Source: Megasphaera paucivorans
GTDB taxonomy: Bacteria; Bacillota; Negativicutes; Veillonellales; Megasphaeraceae
NCBI RefSeq assembly: GCF_900103535.1
Contig: NZ_FNHQ01000001.1
Location: forward strand, 147,268 to 171,267
Length of the DNA: 24,000 nucleotides
Direction: 5' to 3'
The position numbers were made by a program, and so were the translations under genes. This document shows positions 7,505 through 16,284 of the stretch, piece by piece (position 1 is the first letter of the stretch; each line of letters opens with the position of its first letter). The notes under the pieces were generated by a model, which had not been told where the DNA came from, did no database searches, and saw only the letters and a program-made list of their open reading frames with translations.

Positions 7505-8860
7505 CTACATATGGAATGGGAGACGCGGCATGAAGCCACGTTTCTTCCCTTGTTGTTTTTTAGCCATTTTCATCATTTTCTGCATTTCTGTAAACTGCTT
7601 GATGAGACGGTTTACATCCTGGACGCGAGTACCGCTGCCTTTCGCTATACGGCGTTTGCGGCTGTCCTTTATAAGCATCTTCGGATTGGAGCTGGATCGT
7701 TCCTTAGTTGTCATAGACTGTATAATGGCCTCTAAGTGTTTAAATTCCTTTCCATCCATATTGATTTTATCAATTTCTTTCTTATATTTTCCAACACCGG
7801 GAATGAGTCCTACCAAGCTGCTCATATTCCCCATCTTTTTAACCATGTTCAGCTGGGAAAGAAAGTCATCAAATGTAAAGCTGCCGCTTTTCATGGTTTT
7901 CTTCATTTCTTCCATGGATTCTTCATCAAAAGCAGCTTGTGCCTTTTCAATGATCGTTTCCACATCGCCCAAATCCAATATACGCGAAGCATACCGGTCT
8001 GGGTGAAATTCTTCAAGACCATCCAGCTTTTCACTGACGCCAATAAATTTGATGGGTTTTCCGGTAACAGCTTTAATGGACAAGGCGGCACCGCCGCGGG
8101 CATCCCCATCAAGCTTGGTCATGATAATGCCGTCGATTCCCAACGCCTGATCAAAAGCTGACGCAGCCGTAACCGCATCCTGCCCGGTCATCGCATCAAC
8201 GACCAGCATGATTTCATGAGGATGCACGGTTGCCTTAATGCGGACCAACTCATCCATCAAGGTTTCATTGACGTGCAGACGCCCTGCCGTATCGACAATG
8301 ATAATGTCCTTTAAATGGCTAAGCGCAAAAGGAATCGAATTTTGAGATATCTGCACCGGATCCTTGCTGCCTTCTTCGGTATACACAGGAATATCCAGCT
8401 GTTCCCCCAACACTTGCAATTGGGAAATAGCGGCCGGCCGGTATACGTCACCTGCAACCAGCAAGGGATTCTTCCCCTGACTCTTAAGCATTTTAGCCAA
8501 TTTAGCAGCTGTCGTCGTTTTCCCGGCTCCCTGCAACCCTACAAGCATAATGATCGTAGGCGGACGGGAGGAAATGGTAATACGGCTCTGCGTGCCACCC
8601 AATAAGTCGGCTAATTCGTCCCGGACAATTTTAATGACCGTCTGTGCCGCATTCAATGTACTGAATACTTCTTCGCCAACGGCTTTTTCTTTTATTTTCT
8701 TTATAAAATCTTTTGTTACATTAAAATTAACATCAGCCTCAAGCAATGCCCGACGCATCTCTTTCAGTGCTTCGTTGACATCCTCTTCGGAGAGTTTTCC
8801 TTTACCGCGCAGTTTTTTAAAAGCTAACTGAAATCGTTCCGATAAACTTTCGAATGGCAT
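7505..8860 (-). CDS. ffh: Signal recognition particle protein Ffh
   Basis: 451 aa. It has an NG domain (GLQGAGKTTTAAKLA, DTAGRLH, TKLDGDARGGAALS) and a Met-rich M domain (QFTEMQKMMKMAKK). Confidence 0.98.
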   Translation of the reverse strand: MPFESLSERFQLAFKKLRGKGKLSEEDVNEALKEMRRALLEADVNFNVTKDFIKKIKEKAVGEEVFSTLNAAQTVIKIVRDELADLLGGTQSRITISSRPPTIIMLVGLQGAGKTTTAAKLAKMLKSQGKNPLLVAGDVYRPAAISQLQVLGEQLDIPVYTEEGSKDPVQISQNSIPFALSHLKDIIIVDTAGRLHVNETLMDELVRIKATVHPHEIMLVVDAMTGQDAVTAASAFDQALGIDGIIMTKLDGDARGGAALSIKAVTGKPIKFIGVSEKLDGLEEFHPDRYASRILDLGDVETIIEKAQAAFDEESMEEMKKTMKSGSFTFDDFLSQLNMVKKMGNMSSLVGLIPGVGKYKKEIDKINMDGKEFKHLEAIIQSMTTKERSSSNPKMLIKDSRKRRIAKGSGTRVQDVNRLIKQFTEMQKMMKMAKKQQGKKRGFMPRLPFHM

Positions 8861-8878
8861 GGGGATCTCCTTTTATCA

Positions 8879-9208
8879 TCAAATATCCAAATGATGTAAG
8901 ATATGTTTTGCTTTCTCTATCTGCACTGCATCACCCTGTTCAAGCAGTGACACCGCTTCCGATAAGCCTGTCCGCAGCGTATCGATGCGTTCCAGCAAAT
9001 GTAACCGTCGTTCATATTCTTCCAACGCGTTTCCGGCACGATGCAACATATCATAAACACCTTGTCTTGAAATATGAAGTTCTTCACCGATTTCTGCTAA
9101 CGACAGATCCATGAAAAAATACAGCTCCATACAACGATGCTGCCGCTCTGTAAGCAGCGGCCCATATACATCAAGAAGCCGTCCCTTGCGGACAATATCC
9201 TCTAACAT
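8879..9208 (-). CDS. ylxM: YlxM/UPF0122 putative DNA-binding protein (sigma-70 region-4-like HTH)
   Basis: 109 aa. LLTERQHRCMELYFFMDLSLAEIGEELHISRQGVYDMLHRA is the YlxM HTH, and the gene lies immediately upstream of ffh as in Bacillus. Confidence 0.9.
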   Translation of the reverse strand: MLEDIVRKGRLLDVYGPLLTERQHRCMELYFFMDLSLAEIGEELHISRQGVYDMLHRAGNALEEYERRLHLLERIDTLRTGLSEAVSLLEQGDAVQIEKAKHILHHLDI

Positions 9209-9243
9209 ACCTTCACCGCCTCATGACAATTGTGCATATTGTC

Positions 9244-9272
9244 AGTATACAGCAGCTCCTTTTATCTGTCAA
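9244..9272 (-). promoter_or_regulatory. Sigma-A-type promoter of the ylxM-ffh operon
   Basis: The minus strand has TTGACA (9267-9272), a 17-nt spacer and TATACT (9244-9249), 36 nt upstream of the ylxM ATG. Confidence 0.6.
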
Positions 9273-9470
9273 GTATTTTTACTTGTCAATGCTATTTTTG
9301 TTCGTATAGATATACGTTGTTCACATATGTACACAAACTGTTCAAATCATACAATTTATTTCTATATTAATTGAAAATTCGACAATGACAACATAAATAT
9401 TATGCGTTATAATTATATTAAATGTGTACTCGTATATACAATATATCGGAAGGGGAAAACAAAATAAGCT

Positions 9471-10466
9471 ATGAATACTAAGCAATTACAATATTTTATC
9501 GCCGCTGCAGAAAATGAAAGTTTTACAAAGGCGGCTCAACAATTTCATATTACCCAAACAGCCATCACACAGCAAATCAAATCGTTGGAAGATCAACTGC
9601 AAGTTATGCTGTTCACCCGGATTAACCACCGCGTCGTGCTAACACAAGCAGGCCGTTATTTTCTCAAAGAAAGCCGTGCACTGGTATATACACTCGATAA
9701 ATCGGTCGATCAGGTCCGTCTCATCGGCAAAGGCATTTCCGGTTCCCTGCGAATCGGCTGGATCACCGGTTTTGAACAAGCACCGCTGCATCTGCTGATC
9801 CAGCGGTTTCACGAGTCGCATCCGCAGATATCACTGCAGTTAGAACGCAACAGCGCCGTGAATTTATATGACAAACTGCAAAACAACGACTTAGATCTGG
9901 TTTTTAACATCCGTTTTGATATCGGCCGTTACAAAAATGTTTTACAACTCCCTATTCATGAATTTCCCGTTGTCGCCGTTCTCCCTAGTTTTCATCCGCT
10001 GACGAACAAAAAATATTTATTCCGTGATGATCTGCGTGCTCAGCCCTTTATCGTAAGCCGCACAGGGGAAACCATTACCGACCAAAATGAGTCGATCAGC
10101 CGGTATATGACAGCAAACATCAAATATGGGCAAATCTATTATGCGAATGACACCGAGACCATGATGCTAATGGTTTCCGCCGGTTTGGGTATTTCCATTG
10201 TTCCTTCTTATATGATTCCCGCTATTAATAATAACCGTATCAAAACCCTTCCCATTCGCGGCATCAACATGAAAGCCGAAATTATTACTGCCTGGCTGGA
10301 TGATACAGACAACCCATCCCTGCCTCTGATGATTCAAACCATAAAAGATTGGAAACGGATTATCGGCTATGTTCCGAAACAGAAAAAAACACATCCCAAT
10401 GTAACAGATACGGGAACCTTATCCCGTAATTTAATTAATCATAAAAAGACAAATCCCAGATATTAA
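9471..10466 (+). CDS. LysR-family transcriptional regulator
   Basis: The N-terminal HTH is MNTKQLQYFIAAAENESFTKAAQQFHITQTAITQQIKSLEDQL, followed by a LysR substrate-binding-type body. At 331 aa it has a roughly 30-aa basic tail that runs into the terminator stem. Confidence 0.9.
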   Translation: MNTKQLQYFIAAAENESFTKAAQQFHITQTAITQQIKSLEDQLQVMLFTRINHRVVLTQAGRYFLKESRALVYTLDKSVDQVRLIGKGISGSLRIGWITGFEQAPLHLLIQRFHESHPQISLQLERNSAVNLYDKLQNNDLDLVFNIRFDIGRYKNVLQLPIHEFPVVAVLPSFHPLTNKKYLFRDDLRAQPFIVSRTGETITDQNESISRYMTANIKYGQIYYANDTETMMLMVSAGLGISIVPSYMIPAINNNRIKTLPIRGINMKAEIITAWLDDTDNPSLPLMIQTIKDWKRIIGYVPKQKKTHPNVTDTGTLSRNLINHKKTNPRY

Positions 10467-10486
10467 TATCTGGGATTTGTCTTTTT
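10443..10486. terminator. Bidirectional rho-independent terminator between convergent genes
   Basis: AAAAAGACAAATCCCAGATA-ttaa-TATCTGGGATTTGTCTTTTT is a perfect 20-bp palindromic stem flanked by A and T runs. The LysR stop codon lies in the loop. Confidence 0.85.
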
Positions 10487-10517
10487 ATGACGGTATCTCA
10501 TTCTTTTATAGATCGGA

Positions 10518-11693
10518 TCAATGATGGAACAGGCGCAATCCGGTCATGGCCATGGCAATGTCATATTTATCACAAGTTTCAATGACATTATCATCCCGGA
10601 TAGAACCGCCTGCCTGCGCAATATAATCGACGCCGCTGCGATGAGCTCGTTCAATATTGTCACCAAACGGGAAAAATGCATCGCTTCCCAAGGCAACACC
10701 ATGAAGCTGTGCAATCCACGCCTTCTTTTCTTCTCTGCTTAAAGGTTCCGGTTTCTCTGTAAAAAGGTTCTGCCAGACGCCCTCCGCCAACACATCTTCA
10801 GCATCATCAGAAATATATACATCAATTGTATTGTCCCGATCAGGCCGGCGAATATTTTCTTTAAACGGCAGCGACAGTACCTTGGGATTTTGACGAAGCC
10901 ACCAAACATCTGCCTTGTTCCCAGCCAGACGAGTACAGTGAACGCGAGACTGCTGCCCCGCACCAACGCCGATCGTCATGCCATCCTTTACATAACAAAC
11001 AGAATTAGACTGTGTATATTTCAAAGTGATGAGTGCCACGAGTAAATCTCGTTTCGCCGCCGCAGGAATATCTTTGTTTTTTGTCGGCCGATTTTCAAAA
11101 AGATCGTCCGTAATTTTTACATTATTCCGTTCTTGTTCAAAGGTTACGCCGTATACTTCCTTGCTTTCTATACCAGCCGGTACATACGCCGGATCAATTT
11201 TCAGCACGCAATAGGTTCCCTTGCGCTTGGATTTTAAAATTGCCAAGGCTTCCTCCGTATATCCGGGAGCAATCACACCATCAGAAACTTCACGTTTCAA
11301 GAGCGTCGCTGTTTCTGCATCACACATATCGGACAGCGCGACAAAATCACCATAGGAACTCATACGATCTGCCCCGCGTGCACAAGCATACGCACAAGCC
11401 AGCGGAGATAACTGCAAATCATCTACATAATATATCTTTTTAAGCACATCGCTCATACCGGCAGCTACTGCGGCTCCGGCAGGACTGACATGCTTAAAGG
11501 AGGCCGCAGCAGGAAGCCCCGTTGCTTCTTTTAATTCTTTGACCAGCTGAAAACTGTTAAATGCATCCAGTAAATTAATATAGCCGGGACGTCCATTCAT
11601 TACTTCAACAGGCAGTTCGCTGCCATCCTTCATATACACCCTGGCTGAGGCTTGATTTGGATTACAGCCATATTTTAATTGCAGTTCCTTCAT
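10518..11693 (-). CDS. purH: AICAR transformylase (PurH-like, AICARFT domain only, with no N-terminal IMP cyclohydrolase/MGS domain)
   Basis: 391 aa. LKYGCNPNQ..., FKHVSPAGAA, GVGAGQQSRVHCTRLA, ALGSDAFFPF and the C-terminal GLRLFHH match the C-terminal half of PurH. The protein starts directly in the transformylase domain. A GGGAGG RBS is present. Confidence 0.9.
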   Translation of the reverse strand: MKELQLKYGCNPNQASARVYMKDGSELPVEVMNGRPGYINLLDAFNSFQLVKELKEATGLPAAASFKHVSPAGAAVAAGMSDVLKKIYYVDDLQLSPLACAYACARGADRMSSYGDFVALSDMCDAETATLLKREVSDGVIAPGYTEEALAILKSKRKGTYCVLKIDPAYVPAGIESKEVYGVTFEQERNNVKITDDLFENRPTKNKDIPAAAKRDLLVALITLKYTQSNSVCYVKDGMTIGVGAGQQSRVHCTRLAGNKADVWWLRQNPKVLSLPFKENIRRPDRDNTIDVYISDDAEDVLAEGVWQNLFTEKPEPLSREEKKAWIAQLHGVALGSDAFFPFGDNIERAHRSGVDYIAQAGGSIRDDNVIETCDKYDIAMAMTGLRLFHH

Positions 11694-11708
11694 CGTGAAT
11701 TACCTCCC

Positions 11709-11810
11709 AAAAAAATAAATGCCGACACCTCTGGAATCATTGCCCAGACGGTCGGCTTTTCTTAGTCATGCTCCCCGTGGTCATTCCACTTCCGTCAGTC
11801 ACATGAACTC
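11709..11810 (-). promoter_or_regulatory. ZTP riboswitch (pfl motif) with an intrinsic-terminator expression platform
   Basis: The minus strand reads UCAUGUGACUGACGGAAGUGGAAUGACCACGGGGAGCAUGA-uaagaaaag-CCGACCGUCUGGGCA. This matches the pfl consensus blocks GUGACUGGCG...GG..CC.CCGGGGAGC and CCG..CGCCUGGGCA. The GACG/CGUC pair replaces the consensus GGCG/CGCC and keeps the pseudoknot pairing. The 3' sub-domain is shared with the terminator GCCGAC..TCTGG-loop-CCAGA..GTCGGC followed by a T run. Confidence 0.85.
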
Positions 11811-11818
11811 ATGCATAA

Positions 11819-11848
11819 ATTATACCTTTGAAAAACAAACTTTGTCAA
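11819..11848 (-). promoter_or_regulatory. Near-consensus sigma-A promoter driving the ZTP riboswitch and purH
   Basis: The minus strand has TTGACA (11843-11848), an 18-nt spacer and TATAAT (11819-11824). Confidence 0.75.
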
Positions 11849-11865
11849 TGAAAAAATAGCATCTA

Positions 11866-12681
11866 TCACGACAGTTCGATGACATCCAAATCATCAGGAA
11901 CATATAGTCCCCCATCGTAGTACATGGTTCCCTCTGCCGTATATTGCGCCTTACGCCCTGCCAGGTCCGTATCTTCCGTATGATATAAAACCAAATTGCT
12001 GCACTGCAAGGCCGCCGCCGTTTCACAAGCTTCTTTTACCGTACTATGATGTTTCTCATACGGCTTAAATCGTGTACGGTCACGGTACAGACAAAAAGCT
12101 TCTGCTAACAGCCAGTCACTATGCTCTGCATAGATACGGGAATGTTCGTTAAACGGCTCATCCCCCAGGCAGGTAAGTTTCTTTCCGTCAGGTAACTGCA
12201 ACCGGTAGCCGAATTGTTTTGCCTTTGTAGACAAAATATCGAAAGCCTGTATATCCATTCCCAAAACAGAAAACCGTGTACCATCTTTTATTTCATGGAT
12301 ATAAATTCCGTTATCAATTTTCGCCTTATGTTTTCCCGTTAATGTCAAATCACAAATAACACGCAGCATATGCGCCGCTTCATCATGGCAGTAGATATGA
12401 AAGTCTCCCTCATAACTGCCTGCCAGCATATACATGGCAATGCGCCGAATAACCCAGACGACTCCCAGGATATGATCGGTATGCCCATGCGTGACAAACA
12501 AATGATGCAGCCGCGGATACGCAACCTGAGCAGCCTTCAGCTGCTTCAATATTCCGTTGCCCCCGCCGGCATCGGTAAGAAAGCAATCGCCCGCTGCATT
12601 CTGTATAACAAAACACGTGTTGTAGCATTCTGTTACCATAGCACAACCGGTTCCCAGCATAATTAATTTTTCCTTAGCCAT
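11866..12681 (-). CDS. MBL-fold metallo-hydrolase (RNase Z-like or phosphodiesterase-like superfamily member)
   Basis: It carries the HxHxDH motif VTHGHTDHILG after LIMLGTGCA...FLTDAGGG. I prefer the ATG at 12681 (GAGGAG upstream) to the TTG at 12720. Confidence 0.8.
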   Translation of the reverse strand: MAKEKLIMLGTGCAMVTECYNTCFVIQNAAGDCFLTDAGGGNGILKQLKAAQVAYPRLHHLFVTHGHTDHILGVVWVIRRIAMYMLAGSYEGDFHIYCHDEAAHMLRVICDLTLTGKHKAKIDNGIYIHEIKDGTRFSVLGMDIQAFDILSTKAKQFGYRLQLPDGKKLTCLGDEPFNEHSRIYAEHSDWLLAEAFCLYRDRTRFKPYEKHHSTVKEACETAAALQCSNLVLYHTEDTDLAGRKAQYTAEGTMYYDGGLYVPDDLDVIELS

Positions 12682-12723
12682 GTCAAAAAAGCTCCTCTTC
12701 CTGATTGTAATCTCTGCCAAACG

Positions 12724-13560
12724 CTATGGCTTACTTGGTACAATACCATGAATCGTTATTCTCAAAACATCGACAGACATGCCGGTAGTATATTCGACCT
12801 CATGTTGAAGCGCGTCCTTGACTTGGTGCATTAAGGCTCTGACATTTTCGCCGTACAAAATCGTGACGGACAGCATGACATCAATGCCATTTCCTACATC
12901 TTGCGTGCTTTTTCCTACTTTCACCTTGTTTACTCCGGCAATGCCGTGAATACCGGTTAAACTATGCTGAATCAAATGCTGCAATACATCGTCCGTAAAA
13001 GTCAATTTCCCATAATAACTAAATACAGGGCGTACGACAGAACGTTCATACGTTTCCTCTGATTTCCTGCCGTTTTTTTTCTTAAAAAATGAACGGATAG
13101 ATCCCAGCAGATAGCCTCTAAAATGAGACTTCAATTCCATTGTCGGAACAGGAATTACATGTTTTCCTTCTCTGACGCGTATCATATGGGCTTTGGATAT
13201 TTCTTCAGCAGAGGAAATTTCTTCTATGTGGATAAACGCCTCAGGTTCAGGAATCGCAAGCATTTCTGCAATCTTCCGCACCATATGCACGGAAGTCCCT
13301 AACACCAAAAGTTTCTCCGGCTGGATAGTTGCCAGTGCTTTCTGTACCTCGCCCGCCTGCGCTGCATCAGAAAAAATAGCGCGTCGTGTCGCCTTCAGCT
13401 GATTTGTTTCTTCCTTGGCCGAACGTCCGGCAATAATTTTATTCTGATAAATCAAGATCCCGTCATCAATAATGCAATCTATATCGTTGTCATGTGCTAC
13501 CACCAGTGCATGATGGCTTTTACCTGTTCCAGCCGCACCGATAAACCCTATAACTTTCAT
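12724..13560 (-). CDS. Fusion protein: N-terminal P-loop NTPase-like domain plus C-terminal Asp23/Gls24 (alkaline shock protein)-like domain
   Basis: Walker A MKVIGFIGAAGTGKSH and a CIIDDG (Walker-B-like) motif lie at the N-terminus. The C-terminal roughly 100 aa (GKLTFTDDVLQHLIQHSLTGIHGIAGV...IDVMLSVTILYGENVRALMHQVKDALQHEVEYTTGMSVDVLRITIHGI) follow the Asp23-family pattern. The start overlaps the stop of the PHP gene by 4 nt. Confidence 0.7.
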   Translation of the reverse strand: MKVIGFIGAAGTGKSHHALVVAHDNDIDCIIDDGILIYQNKIIAGRSAKEETNQLKATRRAIFSDAAQAGEVQKALATIQPEKLLVLGTSVHMVRKIAEMLAIPEPEAFIHIEEISSAEEISKAHMIRVREGKHVIPVPTMELKSHFRGYLLGSIRSFFKKKNGRKSEETYERSVVRPVFSYYGKLTFTDDVLQHLIQHSLTGIHGIAGVNKVKVGKSTQDVGNGIDVMLSVTILYGENVRALMHQVKDALQHEVEYTTGMSVDVLRITIHGIVPSKP

Positions 13561-14366
13561 TTTTTTCTCCTGTATTCAAGTAATGTATGCAGCCGTTCCG
13601 ATGGAACATAAAACTGTCCCACTACTTCGGGAAATCTTCCCGGAACACCATGAAAATCAGAACCGCCGCTGATAAGCCAATGCCGCGTTTTCGCAATTTC
13701 CATAAACTCGTTTTCCCGTCCCCAGTTTTTGGGATGAAAAACTTCAATACCATCAAATGCATAGGGAAGCACAGCCTGCAGATTATGCTGAATCAGTCCC
13801 GGATGTGCGAGAACAGCCACTCCGCCAGCCTCATGTATCAGCTCAATACATTCCTCGATCGTACAGCGCTGATACGGTACATACGCCGGAGCACCTCGAT
13901 GCAGCACCTCTTGGAACACGTCTGCAATCGTTGCAAAGTAACCCTTTTCAATAAGCATTCGTGCAATATGCGGCCGTCCCACCGCCACGCCCTGCTTGAT
14001 CAGTCCTTCGAGCGGAGTGCGATCCAATTCATATCCAAGCCCAGCCAATCTATCCACGATTTGCAATGCCCGTTCCAATCTGCGCTGATGAAACGTCTGA
14101 CAATATTCCGCTATCGCTTTATGCTCCGTATGGATATAATACCCTAAAACATGAATATCCTCACCATTATATTCCGTGCTGATTTCAATACCTCGTATGA
14201 CGCTGACCGACGAAGAAACGACACAAGGATGAGAATACGCCTCTACCGTATCGTGATCGGTAATAGAAATTTCACCGAGTTGGGCAGTCTCTGCCATCGT
14301 TAGGAGTTCTTCCGGCGTATACACCCCATCTGAGCACGATGTGTGCATATGTAAATCAACATTCAT
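13557..14366 (-). CDS. PHP-domain metal-dependent phosphoesterase (TrpH/YciV-like)
   Basis: MNVDLHMHTSCSDG...ISITDHDTV...VLAHP...GGSDFHG are the PHP-family metal-ligand motifs. The start overlaps the pepA stop by 4 nt. Confidence 0.88.
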   Translation of the reverse strand: MNVDLHMHTSCSDGVYTPEELLTMAETAQLGEISITDHDTVEAYSHPCVVSSSVSVIRGIEISTEYNGEDIHVLGYYIHTEHKAIAEYCQTFHQRRLERALQIVDRLAGLGYELDRTPLEGLIKQGVAVGRPHIARMLIEKGYFATIADVFQEVLHRGAPAYVPYQRCTIEECIELIHEAGGVAVLAHPGLIQHNLQAVLPYAFDGIEVFHPKNWGRENEFMEIAKTRHWLISGGSDFHGVPGRFPEVVGQFYVPSERLHTLLEYRRKK

Positions 14367-15814
14367 GGCTGCCCTCCTTTCAGAAGTTCCAATACCGTTT
14401 TGATTCCAACCCCCGTAGCACCAAAAAATCCGGTTTCATCTTTTTGTTCACAGAAGGCAGTTCCGGCAATATCAATATGAGCCCAGGCAACCCCCGGACG
14501 AATAAACTGCTTAATAAATAATCCCGCAGTAATCGCCCCGGCGTTACGGCCGCCTGTATTTTTCAAATCTGCTACCTCACTATGCAGCAGGGACTCGTAT
14601 TCCCGATCTGCCGGCAGCTGCCATACCCGTTCATTCATGCGGGCAGCTCCTTCAAAAATATGGTTGATCCACTGCTGATCATTCCCAATAACACCGGAAC
14701 GAACCGTCCCCAGTGCCGTTACACAAGCTCCGGTCAAAGTCGCCAAGTCTATAACCTTCGTCGCACCCAGTTTCTGGGCATAGGTCACCCCGTCAGCCAA
14801 AACAAGCCGGCCTTCGGCATCGGTATTCTTGATTTCCACCGTTTTGCCGCTTAACATCGTAATAATATCATCCACATGGAACGACATGCCGGAGGGGACA
14901 TTCTCAGCCATCGGCATGACAGCCATCACATTAACCGGATATTTCAGCAACATCAATGCCCGAATAACACCTAACGCCGTAGCAGCTCCTGCCATATCGG
15001 ACTTCATGAACTCCAGATTTTCATGGTCCTTCAGCGACAATCCACCGCTGTCATAGGTAATTCCCTTGCCGACAACAGCCAATTTATCCCGGCTTTCCGT
15101 ATTGCCGGTGTACGTGACCGTTACCATTTGGGGATTATTCATACTTCCCTTTCCCACAGCCAGAAGCCCGCCCATTTTTAACTTTTCCAGCTGCCATTTA
15201 TTCAAAGTTTCTACCGTAATATTTTCGCTCTTGCACAACGCCGCAGCAATATCGGAAAACTTGCGGGGAGTCAGTTCATTCGGTGGCATATTGACGAGAT
15301 CCCTCGCTGTTTTGATACCCTCATAAATAGCGGTATACACATAACACATCATGTTCAGCTCTTTAACATCCTCTGTAGAAGTCACGAGATTGACCATGGG
15401 TACAAGATGGGATTTTGTGTTTTTCTTATAATGATTAAACTCATAATTGCGAAACAACAGTCCATCGATCAATGTCGGTATATCTGCCTCCAACGTATCC
15501 ACCAAAACTGCCAACTCGGAAACACCCCACGCCATGGCAGCTGCCATTATTTTACGAGCAATACGGAAATCATCAGCCTGCCCGTAAGGATAGGGCTTTT
15601 TACCGATACCGACAAGAATATAATTCTTTACTTTTTCTTCATCAATCAGAGGAAACACAGACACAGACGGATACTCTAAAAGCTCCGGATGTCGGTCTAC
15701 ATATATGCGAAGCTTCTCGCTATCCTTTTTCGGAATTTGTGTCAACACCCGCATCCGGTTATCCACACCGACGGCAACATTATCCAAGCTGCCACTGCCA
15801 TTACAAGTAATCAT
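14363..15814 (-). CDS. pepA: Leucyl aminopeptidase (M17 family)
   Basis: 483 aa. VGKGITYDSGGLSLK and the M17 signature NTDAEGRLVLAD are present. A GGAGGG RBS lies 6 nt upstream of the ATG at 15814. Confidence 0.95.
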   Translation of the reverse strand: MITCNGSGSLDNVAVGVDNRMRVLTQIPKKDSEKLRIYVDRHPELLEYPSVSVFPLIDEEKVKNYILVGIGKKPYPYGQADDFRIARKIMAAAMAWGVSELAVLVDTLEADIPTLIDGLLFRNYEFNHYKKNTKSHLVPMVNLVTSTEDVKELNMMCYVYTAIYEGIKTARDLVNMPPNELTPRKFSDIAAALCKSENITVETLNKWQLEKLKMGGLLAVGKGSMNNPQMVTVTYTGNTESRDKLAVVGKGITYDSGGLSLKDHENLEFMKSDMAGAATALGVIRALMLLKYPVNVMAVMPMAENVPSGMSFHVDDIITMLSGKTVEIKNTDAEGRLVLADGVTYAQKLGATKVIDLATLTGACVTALGTVRSGVIGNDQQWINHIFEGAARMNERVWQLPADREYESLLHSEVADLKNTGGRNAGAITAGLFIKQFIRPGVAWAHIDIAGTAFCEQKDETGFFGATGVGIKTVLELLKGGQP

Positions 15815-15992
15815 GTTTATCCCTCCAGCTAATCGCTATCTATATATGCTTATTATACATTTTTCCTACAGATAAAATCAATGAAGGAACCTGCATATTC
15901 GGTTGTTTACTGTATTCTCCTCACTTTTTAGAAAATATACTTGATTTTTTCAACAAAATAGTGTAACATATCTTTTGTGCTCATAAACATAT

Positions 15993-16068
15993 GGACCACT
16001 AGCTCAGCTGGTAGAGCACCTGACTCTTAATCAGGGTGTCCAGGGTTCGAGCCCCTGGTGGTCCACCA
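15993..16068 (+). tRNA. tRNA-Lys (anticodon CUU), with encoded CCA
   Basis: Cloverleaf folded by hand. The acceptor stem is GGACCAC/GTGGTCC and the D stem is GCTC/GAGC. The anticodon stem is CCTGA/TCAGG with loop CTCTTAA. The T arm is CAGGG-TTCGAGC-CCCTG, and the 3' end is ACCA. Confidence 0.95.
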
Positions 16069-16081
16069 TAAAAAGTATGAT

Positions 16082-16119
16082 AACCATGCCGTTTGCGCGG
16101 CATGGTTGTTTTTGTTTTT
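16082..16119 (+). terminator. Rho-independent terminator of tRNA-Lys
   Basis: AACCATGCCG-tttgcg-CGGCATGGTT (10-bp perfect stem) followed by GTTTTTGTTTTT. Confidence 0.85.
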
Positions 16120-16134
16120 AAGTAATATTTCAAT

Positions 16135-16158
16135 CTTTCTACCGCACTTTCTACCGCA
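16135..16158. repeat. Perfect 12-bp tandem direct repeat (2 copies)
   Basis: CTTTCTACCGCA CTTTCTACCGCA, located 16 nt past the tRNA terminator. Confidence 0.9.
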
Positions 16159-16242
16159 ATCAACAAAATTTTGCTTTTAGTTACATTTTTTTCGTGCAAA
16201 AAAGAAGCCCTATGTTTTAATTGGGACCTCTTTTCTATATAA

Positions 16243-16284
16243 TATTTACTATTGATAAATACTACAACTTCTTACATGTCTAAT
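16243..16284 (-). repeat. Decayed relic copy of the last 12 codons plus stop of the giant ORF (left copy of a 42-bp direct repeat)
   Basis: tatttactattgataaatactacaacttcttacatgtctaat matches 17471-17512 at 37 of 42 positions. All 5 differences are transitions, with A/T in this copy. One of them turns the penultimate Gln codon (the first of the two C-terminal Gln) into TAG. Confidence 0.8.

Noticed and set aside
7511-8831. Plus-strand ORFs antisense to ffh (74-158 aa)
   Set aside because: These are shadow ORFs opposite a well supported Ffh gene.
15999-16199. 66-aa minus-strand ORF
   Set aside because: It overlaps the tRNA-Lys gene and its terminator on the opposite strand, so it is an artefact.
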